Positions 26,088-36,512 of a stretch of 64,000 nucleotides of DNA are shown one piece after another. Position 1 is the first letter of the stretch. Each line of letters starts with the position of its first letter. A program made the translations under genes and the position numbers. The notes under the pieces were generated by a model. It searched no databases and was not told the origin of the DNA. It worked only from the letters and a program-made list of their open reading frames with translations. The DNA is from Chara braunii. Its lineage: Eukaryota > Plantae > Charophyceae. Location: contig BFEA01000001.1 in NCBI GenBank assembly GCA_003427395.1, positions 5,785,719 through 5,849,718 on the forward strand, given 5' to 3'.

Positions 26088-26154
26088 GCAGACTGTTGAG
26101 GGTTTAGCCTCCTCCTGATGAGTCGGTAGGTGAAACTCCGACGAAACAGTCTGT
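26088..26154 (+). ncRNA. Type III hammerhead ribozyme
   Basis: Stem III GCAGACUGU(26088-96)/ACAGUCUGU(26146-54); NUH site GUU ending 26097; stem I GAGG/CCUC; core CUGAUGA 26115-21; stem II GUCGG/CCGAC; GAAA 26143-46. Confidence 0.88.
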
Positions 26155-26233
26155 CTGTCACAGCCCCTCGTTTGTTGTCCTGTTCTCCCTCTCTGCCTAC
26201 GGTTTACCGGGCAGCTCTGTTTGACTATATAGA

Positions 26234-26458
26234 TGCGCAAGGATGGCATCAGGACTTCCTTCTTTCGATGAACGTCCTGCTGGTTTGTTGGGATGTGGAC
26301 CGCATGTCCTTTGTCAGGACTGTTTTGATGGGATGGTCCGTGCTAGTCGTTCTGCTGAATGCTGTGCTGGCGCAGCTCTCCTTGGGTATCCTTGTGAACG
26401 TCCACGTCATCCTAAGCGTGCCTGTCCTATCTGTCGGGGTGGGGGCTCCTCTTCCTGA
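26234..26458 (+). pseudogene. 5'-truncated C3HC4-like RING-finger ORF end
   Basis: C-ARMASGLPSFDERPAGLLG-CGPH-VL-CQDC...A-CPIC-R then stop; the first Cys is lost at a (TA)n junction. Confidence 0.65.
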
Positions 26459-28310
26459 CTGGTCAATAGAGTCAAGCAGGTCAGGAGCAACACTAATTGT
26501 TGTAGGACAGAAAGTTTTCGACACTACCAACAGATACGGAGTTGAAGAAAGAAGAAAGAAAATATTGAAAAAACTAAAAAAAAAAAAAAAAAAGAAATTG
26601 CTGAAGGAAAGAAAAAAGAAAAAAAGAAAAAAAAGAAAGAAAAAAAGAAGGAAAGAAAAACTATGTTGCACTTTGTTGTGACAGTGGCAATTGGTTTATC
26701 TGTGGGATGTGTCATTTGCTTTGTTTGACTGGTAGGCCTTCCTCTTCCCTTGTCCTTTTTTTTTGACTGGATCCCTTTCTCTTTCTCTTGCCTCTGTGAG
26801 GTTTGGTTTCCTCCTCCTTTTCTTTACCTCTTTTTGCCTTTTGGCTGCGTGCAAGTGGCTCCTTGTGACACACGGGGATGGGGGCAGCCAGCGCTCAATC
26901 TGTCATCCACGTGGCTGGCTTTGTACGTAAGAGGCGATGAACAGGCAGAGCTTCCTTCTTTCCTTTTTTGTTTTGTCTTTTTCCGCCTTTGCGCTCCGAT
27001 TCACAGTGTGACAATATAATATGTATGCGACAATGTATATGTAGGAGTCGGTGAAACTCCGACGAAACAGTTTGTCACAGCCTCTCGTTTGTTGTCCCTT
27101 CTCCCTCTCTGCCTACGGTTTACCGGGCAGCTCTGTTTGACTATATGTATCAACCTACATCCACGTGGGCGGCCGTGTACGCAAGAGGTTTTGAACAGGG
27201 GGAGTTATAACTAAGGAGATAAAAAATGAATTGATTTTTTCTTGTTTTTCTATTGTTTTTACGCTCTGATATCTTTGTGACGATATATATCGTCGAACAC
27301 AGCTGCCCGGTAAACCGTAGGCAAAGAGGGAGAAGAAGACAACATATTTGCAAGTGTGTCGATATGACACACGGGAGTGGGGGCAGCCGCCGCTCACCCT
27401 GCATCCACGTGGGCGGCCTTGTACGCAAGATGTTCTGAACAGGGGGAGTTGTAAGGAAGAAGATAAAAAAACGAATTCATTTTTTTTTATTCTTTTATTT
27501 TTCTTTTTTTCTTTTTTCGCTTTTGCGCTCTGATATTCATGTGACGATATATATATATCCGGTTGATGATATATGATATATATAGCCGCCGCTCAACCTA
27601 TATCCACGTGGGTGGCCTTGTACGCAAGAGGTTCTGAACAGGGGAAGTTGTAAGGAAGAAGATAAAAAAATGAATTTATTTTTTTCTTCTTCTTTTCGCT
27701 TTTGTGCTCTGATAACTTTGTGACTGTATATCTGATATCTATGTGACGATATATATACTCCTTCTGTGCCTACGGGTGCAAACGGTTTACCGGGCAGCTT
27801 TGTTTGACGCTCCATATATATAGTCAAACAGAGCTGCCCGGTAAACCGTAGGCAGAGAGGGAGAAGAGGACAACAAACGAGGGGCTATACATTAGTATTT
27901 TTTTGACGCTCCATTATTTACATAAGTATTTTTTTACAATGCCGCATCTTCCCCTACGTCTGTGAGATTTTGCTTTTCTTTCGGTTATGTTTGAATTTAA
28001 CCGTGTGTGACATTCTAGGTGGAATGTTTTGTACGTAGTCAGTCCGTAAATTGCGGTTAAAAATATGATTGAAATAATAATGCAAGTATAATTCATAAAG
28101 GAGCTGGGCTACCAGCCGGGCCGCCCGGGTCCCGGGTGGCCAGCCCGTGCAAGGACCAGGGAAGGTCGCAGCCAAAAAGAAAAAAAAAAAATTCCAAAAA
28201 ATCCGGGAAAAAATTATGTTATGCTGAAAAATAAAATGAACAACGTTTGCCTCAGGGTCACATCGAAATTCTTCACCAAATTTAGAATAAAAAATAAAAT
28301 TTAAAAATAA

Positions 28311-28750
28311 TTATTTCGGTCGGTGATGCAAACGCTGGACTCGTTGGGAAGGGTGCAGGTCACTCCGCCGGGCCGTATGGGAAGAGGAAGAAGAACGATT
28401 GTTTCGGGCAGTGATACCAAGAATAGGACGGAGTGTGGGAGGAGATTTATGGGCCTTAAGAACACAATAGAGATACGGCAATGTGTCAGCATGAGGATAA
28501 TTCCAATGATTGTTCCAAACTGCATGGCTATTCAGAATGTCAGCCACTGATTCAGCAGGCCGAGAATACGTAGGACTGTCAAGGTGGCTTGACAGTTTGA
28601 ATCTGTACCAATTTTTACAGCAAATAGCCAAATTATGTGATGTTTTGTCCACAGGAACAATCGCAAAGGATTCTTGAAGCTGACGCAGGGCCGTATGCGC
28701 GTGCCGCAAAGAGCGAGGCTGTCGCAATGGTGACGCGGTAGTCACATCTG
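28311..28750 (-). pseudogene. Penelope-like reverse transcriptase fragment (pre-RT and fingers)
   Basis: IVPVDKTSHNLAICCKNWY...L...TY...LPYLYCVLKAHKSPPTLRPI matches the PLE DK / LY..K.HK...RPI motifs. Confidence 0.8.
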
Positions 28751-28758
28751 GCTTTCCA

Positions 28759-29306
28759 GTGGTGACCGATTCGGATCTGCGGGCAGACCTACCAAATTCT
28801 TGTGGTTTGACAACCACAAATGTCTGCCTACAGGCTTCTCAGCGTCAATGTTATAGTGCATCCCAATTTCTTACGATTGCGTATCAGCTTGACGCTGTTG
28901 AAAATCAGTTGTTGCTTGACCATAATAGTCCACCTGCAGAAGGTAGTAACTATACTACCTCAGGAGGCTTTACTGTAAATGTCTTACAGTATCAGTTGTT
29001 GCTTGACCATAATAGTCCACCTGCAGAAGGTAGTAACTATACTACCTCAGGAGGCTTTACTGTAAATGTCTTACAGTTAGCGTTTCACGGTCGCCACCTT
29101 CTTATGCATCATACGACGCCAGGCGATGACCTCAATAACGATCCTCATATTTTTGCCTGTATTTTACATAGACCCGGGCATTATATGGCACTCATTCGTG
29201 CAGCTGCCCAGTGGGAACTGTGGGATGGTGGGACGATGAGTCAGGTCATTTTCGACGTGAATGAATTTTTGCGAGCGTTGTCGAATCATACTTTATTCTG
29301 GATTAT
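28759..29306 (+). CDS. Josephin (ataxin-3-like) cysteine protease domain; frame runs into an assembly gap
   Basis: SCGLTTTNVCLQ...IAYQLDAVE, SNYTTSGGFTVNVLQLAF and GHYMALIRAAAQWELWDG parallel ataxin-3 LCAQHCLNNLLQ...IAHQLDEEE, GNMDDSGFFSIQVISNAL and EHWFTVRKLGKQWFNLNS. Cys 28801, His 29179, Asp 29224. Confidence 0.78.
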
Positions 29307-30934
29307 NNNNNNNNNNNNNNNNNNNNNNNNNNNNNNNNNNNNNNNNNNNNNNNNNNNNNNNNNNNNNNNNNNNNNNNNNNNNNNNNNNNNNNNNNNNNNN
29401 NNNNNNNNNNNNNNNNNNNNNNNNNNNNNNNNNNNNNNNNNNNNNNNNNNNNNNNNNNNNNNNNNNNNNNNNNNNNNNNNNNNNNNNNNNNNNNNNNNNN
29501 NNNNNNNNNNNNNNNNNNNNNNNNNNNNNNNNNNNNNNNNNNNNNNNNNNNNNNNNNNNNNNNNNNNNNNNNNNNNNNNNNNNNNNNNNNNNNNNNNNNN
29601 NNNNNNNNNNNNNNNNNNNNNNNNNNNNNNNNNNNNNNNNNNNNNNNNNNNNNNNNNNNNNNNNNNNNNNNNNNNNNNNNNNNNNNNNNNNNNNNNNNNN
29701 NNNNNNNNNNNNNNNNNNNNNNNNNNNNNNNNNNNNNNNNNNNNNNNNNNNCGCTCAACCTGTCATCCACGTGGCTGGCCTTGTACGTAAGAGGTTATGA
29801 ACAGGTGGAGCTTTCCTTACCTCTTCCCCTTCCCCTTTTTTCTTTTCTTTTTTTCTTTTCCCTTTTTCGCTTCTGCGCTCTGATTCACAATGTGACAATA
29901 TATATATTTTTTGGCCCGGCCGGGCAAGTGACCCCCGGCCACTCTGGTAGCCTAGTAAAGGAGTAAATAAATCGTGGAAATCTGTCACGGAGTCAAAGGA
30001 GAACGATGGTTGTACCGCTCGAGATTCCAATTGGAGGCGACCATCAAAATATGTATAAATTAATCAAGTTCGTTTTGTGGTTTTGTTTTTCTGGGTGGAC
30101 TCCCGCCACTGGAAGGTGAATGAGTTTGTGGCAAGTCAGAGTCGGATTCACCCTTTTTTTGTATATCTCTTTTTTTTTAAAAATAAATAGAATTAACATC
30201 CCTTTTTAATTAGTCGCCTTCCTTACATGCTGCTCGGTGATAAATAAATAGAATTAACATCCCTTTTTAATTAGTCGCCTTCCTTACATGCTGCTCGGTG
30301 ATTGGCACGAAGAAGGCGGCACTCTGGCAATGGCCATTCTGTGAAAGTGATATCCATGAGAAGGGGAAAAAAAAGAATTATTAATTAAACAACTTAATCT
30401 GGAAATATAATTTAACTCAAAAAGAAGAAAATCGATTTGACGACTGAACAATCCGGTCCTTGCCCGCCACCCCCTCCCAGCCTTCATCGCGGCTTGCATC
30501 CCTGATATCAATTATCAATGTGCTAAATGCCAGGTAATGACAGAGGAAGAACTACTTGGGCTGGTTGTAATGTGCACCGGCCCTTCCCCCTCTCCCCCCG
30601 CGCCCCCCCCCCCCTCTTTTGTTTTCCCCCTTTTTGAAACGTTTCCTACCAGCTTCTTCGCCGTTAATGCATGGGCGGGAAATTCTCTTCAACGCCATGT
30701 GGAACAGGATATTTTGAGTCTTTTCTGTTTTTGTTCTTTTTTTACATGGTGTAGTAAATGAGTGAGGAGTGAATCGCCCACCCATCGTCATCAACTCCTG
30801 TTCTTCCCCTCCCTCCCCCCGCCCCCCCCCCCCCCCCCCCCCTGTTTTCCTCCCTCAATCATGGTCCGAACGCATGTCATGTCGTTGGTCTTTGTTTCAT
30901 GTGACAGTTACTCTTGTGCCTACTATTCAGCCCC

Positions 30935-31110
30935 GTCACGGGCCTCTGGTTGATGACCGTTTGTGTACCAGTCATCTGAGCCTGGTCACGGCCCTCTGGT
31001 TGATGACCGTTCCACTGCCATCTGTGTACCAGTCATCTGAGCCTGGTCACGGCCCTCTGGTTGATGACCGTTCCACTGCCATCTGTGTACCGGTCATCTG
31101 AGCCTGGTTC
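30935..31110. repeat. ~61-bp tandem repeat, three copies
   Basis: gtcacggccctctggttgatgaccgtt...gtcatctgagcctg repeated. Confidence 0.85.
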
Positions 31111-31565
31111 AATCAGGGTGCGAACACATGTCATGTCCTTGATCTGTGTTTCATGAAGTTGCATGTGTGTACCTGCCGACCATTCAGTCCCAGGATGGGC
31201 CTCTGGTTCATGACTGTCCCATCTGTATATAGAGGTGATGAACAGGTGGGGCTTTCCTTCTTTTCCTTTTCTTGTTTTGTCTTTTTCCGCCTTTGCGCTC
31301 CGATTCACAGTGTGACAATATATATGATCAGCCTCGTGATCAGTAGGTAGGTAGGCGAAACTCGGACGAAACAGTCTGTCACAGCCCCTCGTTTGGTATC
31401 CTATTCTCCCTCTCTGCCTACGGTTTACCGGAGGGCAGTTCTGTTTGACGATGTAGACCTACGTACTCATCAGGTCAGGAGGCTATATGTTATGATGTAT
31501 GTGTATTTTATTTTATCTGTTATTTTTAGTTGAGTGGAACCATCCCTCATGGTGCGTGCAGGTTA

Positions 31566-31920
31566 CTATTACTCATGGCCAACGGGCCTAGAACTCAGTT
31601 GGCACACCCATGCATGAGCTGTTGAAATACAGACCTTCGTTCGAATCCAGATGGAAGTAGATGCATGGAATTCGTGAATTATTATTACGCAGGAGAATGC
31701 ATTCAATTCTCTACTGACCCCTTTCGGAATGTGCAAAGCCCAGTACGAGCGTATATGAGAATCCACCTGGTCATAAGGCACAGTCAGGTACGCCAGAATG
31801 CACCAGGTTGTTGCATTGTGACAGGTCATGAGCAGGACCTCACCCCTGTGCGCAAGGACGACACTCATAAATTGAAAAAAATGGTCCCCCCAAAAAACTA
31901 ACAAGGAAAGAAAAAGTGAA
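31566..31920 (+). mobile_element. Retroposon ending in a U6 snRNA 3' half plus an A-rich tail
   Basis: 31843-31887 cccctgtgcgcaaggacgacactcataaattgaaaaaaatggtcc matches the U6 3' region; degenerate TSD ggtgcgtgcaggtta (31551-65) / ggtgcggtccaggtca (31921-36). Confidence 0.65.
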
Positions 31921-33729
31921 GGTGCGGTCCAGGTCAGCAAGAAGGTTGTCGCTGATGTGTGGCTTGCCGCAAGATCGTTCTGCTTTTTTTCTTTTCTTTG
32001 TTTTCTTTCACTCCGTCACCAGATCATTCTGTCCTCACCCGTGGAAGGGACCCTGCGGGATTCATTAACCGCCTGCTGTCGATGCAGGTCAACCTACGCT
32101 CCTGATCCGTCACCCAGGGCCTTGTCTCACTATCCAAGAGGATACGAATAAGAGCCTGAATCTGGATGTGTCTTATGCAGAGATGCACAAAAGCTGATCA
32201 ATCGCGATTTTCTGCACTTCTCCACGAACACGTCCAGATTCGGCTGGTAAATCTAATCCTCTTTGGTTTTGGGACCTCGCCTCCGGTTCCTTTTTCATGG
32301 ACCCGCGGCGAAAGGGGGCACAGCTGTCACACTGGATGTGCAAGATTCAGGCGTTGCATCCGGATAGATGTGCGGTTTCGATGTGCATTTCGAAACCGGA
32401 AACTACTGGGGCGAGGTCCTACTTGCAAAGAGGATTGGATGTAACGCCTGAATCTGGACGTGTTTGTGGTGAGTTGCAGAAAATCGCGATTCATCTGCTT
32501 TTCTTCATCTCAGCGCAAAACACATCCAGATTCAGGAGCTGACTCCAATTCTCTTTGCGAGAGGGACCCCGCCCCCTGTAGCTTCCGATTGCTGGGATTC
32601 ATTAACCCCGGCGTAACAACAGAAGCAGGCAAATCCATCTACATGTCCAAGGGTAGATCACGGAGGTTGGGATATCTGCATGTTCCGGCGCACAAAGTTC
32701 CTGACATAACCAGTCGGTGTTCAGAAGCTAAGTGGGGCCCCATCTTCTGTCCTCCTTTTCTTTTACTATGCCCGACCTGCGACCCAGTGTCAAGCCGGGC
32801 GTAGTAAACACGCCCAGTTCTGGAGCTGAATCCATCTCTTTGCGAATAACAGTGGATAAAACGAACAAAACCGGCATCCATCTACATGTCCGAGGGAAGA
32901 TCACCGATGTAGGGATCTTTGCATGTCCAGGTGCACGCAGGTCCCGACAGGACCAGTCAGTGTTCCGAAGCTAAGCGGGGCCTTCTTCTGTCCTCCTTTC
33001 CTTTTACTCTGCCTGGCCTGCCACCCAGTGTCACCCATTCCACCCTCGGGACTCCAGATCCCAGCCTATAATCCACTGTCACTCGCTGGCCTACATACTG
33101 AGAGGAGTCTGAGTTCCTTTTCGTTGACCCCCATTGTACGATCTTCCTTCCCCCGAACACAAGGCGTGGCCAGAACAGCTGTACCTGGCTTGAAAATCGC
33201 CCCAGATGCAGTGATGATGATCATGCCTGTAGTGTTTGTGGGGAGTTCTGATTTTTTTTTTTTAAATTAATTAATGCAACTGACATGCTTTGTTTTTTTT
33301 GTTAATTAATGCAACTGACATGCTTTGTTTTTTTTTTGTTAATTAATGCAACTGACACGTTTGTTTTTGGTAGAGTGAGTGACTGGCCTTCCCGACCTGG
33401 CCCTTTGATATGTGGTAGATATTGTATCGCATATGTCTGGATGCCTGGCGTATTACTGCCGCTGTCAAACACACCAGGCTTTTCTGGTTTCTCACCTTTT
33501 GCCAATGTTACCCGCTCAAATATTCTGCAGGCGGACTCCTGGCTTGCCACCCACTGTCACTCACCGTCGCACAGTATGGCTCTGCATTCCTGATATGTCA
33601 TGCGTTGCTGCACCGGGGTTCTGTATTCCTAGCCTCTCCCACCCGCTGTCTCACACCAGCATCCTTGATTCCTAGCCTGTCAGACGCTGCCATCTACAGT
33701 AGGATTCTGTGGATTCCCCTGGCTGTCTT

Positions 33730-34200
33730 GAACTCGCTGTCACACAGTCCCCTGTCTTCAAACTGGCTGTCACAGTCCCCTGCTTTGTGACTTGTCACTG
33801 TTGCACAGTATGGCTCTGCATTCCTGATAAGCTGGCTGCCTCGCTGGCTTGTGACTTGCTGTCACACAGTCCCCTGTCTTCAAACTGGCTGTCACAGTCC
33901 CCTGGCTTGTGACTGGTTGTCACAGTCCCCTGGTTTGTGACTGGCTGTTGTAAGTCCCTTGGCTTGTGACTCGCTGCTACACAGTCCCCTAGCTCGTTAC
34001 TTGCTGTTGTAACGCAGTGTGACTGTTGTCGGGTCCTGTCACTGGCCTCTACCCTCGTCAGGATTCTATATTCCTGGTCTATTGCCCTTTGTCACAGAGC
34101 AAGACTTTTGATTCCTCGTTTGTCACCAACTGTCACACACGCCAGTATTCCGGTTTGCTGGCTTATCAAGTCCCCTGGCTTGTGACTTGCTGTTGTAACA
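33730..34200. repeat. ~30-bp degenerate minisatellite
   Basis: Repeated tgtcacagtcccctggcttgtgactgg units. Confidence 0.75.
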
Positions 34201-36363
34201 CGGTATGAGTGTGTTTGGGGACCTTTCAGTGGCTGTTACCCTCACGAGGGTTCTGTGTTCCTGGTCTGTCACCTGTTGTCACGCAACAAGATGTTTAATT
34301 ACTGGTTTGTCACCCGCTGGCATGCTTGCGAGTGTTCTGGTTTGCTGGCTTATCCGCTGCTGTCACACACATCAGAAGTCTGCATTCCTTCCAGACATCC
34401 AGTGGAGAGATTCTTTTGATTCCGGGTCTATTGCCCTGAGTTGCACAGTATGTTTCTGTACTGTCAATCTGCCTCTGTCGTGGCCATCGGGACAGGCTTC
34501 CTTTCTTCCTGGCTTGTCAGCTGCACTCGTGTTCGTCAGCATACGTTTCCGACAAATGCTGAGGGATGTCATATACAAATGCTGAGAGATGTGATGTATG
34601 TCGGTTGAATATGGTCACAAAATTATCCGGTGGGATTTCTGTTCGACAGCTGACTATGTCATTGTGAACAACTTGTCGTGGATGGTTCGAAATGGGGGTT
34701 TACTGTGTGAATTAGACTCTAACAAATGGGTTCTTTTCCATGCTGCACCCTAACGACTAGGGGTGGGGCTTCTATGGACTATCAAAGAGTCTTTGTAGGA
34801 GGGGAATATCTCTGTGGGGCAGATGTGCGAGGTTGTCACCTCAGTTCTTGTCTCTCGAGACTAATTAATACTCCCAATCCCCCCCCGGCCCTCGCCCCCC
34901 CCACCCCCCCCCCCCCACCGCTTTGTGCCATAAGGAAGATAACTCTGACAGCCACTCTTGTGCGGTTGGACGTAGCTGCTTATAGCATACAATATTTGTT
35001 ACCTTTTTCAGCTGCAAAGAGTGTATGGTCGTCACTCTGCTGTATGTAGTAGAGAGTCAAGAGGCCGATCGCCAAATGTGGGACAAAATGGCATGTTTGT
35101 CGGCGACAGGTGGGGCCGTTACCTGAATGATTGGCCACTCAGTTGTACGGGAAGGGAAATGTTTGTTTGTGTGAAATGGGTCATCAGGGCAATGGGGTGG
35201 TGGCATCTGTAGAAGCACTCCTTTATCCGGTGTGCTTCTTTTTTGGTGACGTGCTCGAGTGACTGGATGGACTTGAATAACCCGTCCACCACTGTCCCAT
35301 TTGACAAATAATTTCCTTGAACGTTCAGCCTCTCTAGGAGGTGGTCTCAGTGGCTGGTTTTTGAGAGTTTGCTTTTCACATGAGCTACATAATACGGTTC
35401 CCAGGTAACCTTTCGTACAGACTTGTATGGGTTCTAGCCGCCCCATGCCATTGGTTCGGAAGAGAGCCAAGAAAGTTCTTGGTCTGTTTCAGGAGCAAGT
35501 GGTGGTTTAGCATGACCCACTATGTTGCTCATTTCTAGTGTTGGGCTCTAAACTTCATAGCCATCCCCTCAGCCCTGAATTTGGCCATGGGAGAATAAGG
35601 CATTGTTTAAAGTATTATGGTCAGCGATTGAATTCTGCTGGGCACTTTCCTGATGCATCTCACCATAATTTTAGCCAGTTCCACTTGAGGGACGCCCGGT
35701 GTCATACGTACTTATGAGCCTGACACATTCTGCTGTCTGTTCGATTCCCAGGCTGTATCTACCAGTCGTATTTTGCTGCTGCGTATAGTAATGCATCGTA
35801 TACGCCTTACCCTGCCTTTCCGACTTCTTCATGCGAAAACGGATTTTCAGAAACCTGGCGAGTGCTTCTGGACATCTGCCTTATTCTGCCGTCTGTTCAC
35901 TTCCCAGCTGTTGCTCTCCAGCCTCCTTGTTTCGCAGTAGAGAAAAGCACAGTTTGACAAACGTCTTTAATCGGTGTGACACATTACGACTCTTCGTTTT
36001 GCTCTCCCATCACCCGTGTATTGTGGTAGAGTACCCAGCACAACTGTCTTGTACCTGCAACTTTGCAGGATCTGGTGTTCAAGCTGGAGCAAATGTTTTT
36101 GGGTTAGTATCCAGCACAACTGTTGCGCGAGTTGGCCATTTTGCAGGAACTAATGTTCAAGCTGGCCAAGTGATTCGAGTGGACCAAAGTGTCTCACTGG
36201 CCAGGCCTGCCACATTGGAGTTTTGCGGCCGCTTGAGCTGCTGGTGTGGGAATTTGTATGGCTGGACTTGCACGCTGAACATTAGACAGAAACTGTTATA
36301 TTGACTTGATGGAAAATAGTTGTAGTCAGTTGATGGAAAATACTCGAAATAGTATATTCACCC

Positions 36364-36512
36364 AGCCCATGTGGCTGAATGGTACAAGTCATGGACTGTT
36401 GATGGACAGACCTGAGTTCGAACCCTGATGCGATCAGAAGAATAAAGGACCTCGGGATTACCTGGTCCGGGCAGTTCGATGTGATACCTCAAGGCCATGG
36501 TCTTAAAAAAAT
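36364..36512 (+). mobile_element. tRNA-derived SINE
   Basis: A box tggctgaatgg 36372-82, B box gttcgaacc 36416-24, short body, A-rich end; not a clean cloverleaf. Confidence 0.6.

Larger units (their letters stand above)
25776..31450. mobile_element. Cluster of tandem and inverted retroelement 3'-end modules in (TA)n (Penelope-like pseudo-LTR architecture)
   Basis: Module A (tccacgtgg...tgaacagg...gcgctc...gtgac-TATA) at ~25841, 26865, 27151, 27365, 27585, 29752 and 31230. Module B (hammerhead...ctgcctacggtttaccgggcagctctgtttgac-TATA) at ~26088, 27043, 27760 and 31330, inverted at ~27298 and 27818. Confidence 0.8.

Noticed and set aside
27585-27650. Module A as group II intron domain V
   Set aside because: agccg...ggttc...gggg is superficially similar, but the DV hairpin pairing and length do not fit.
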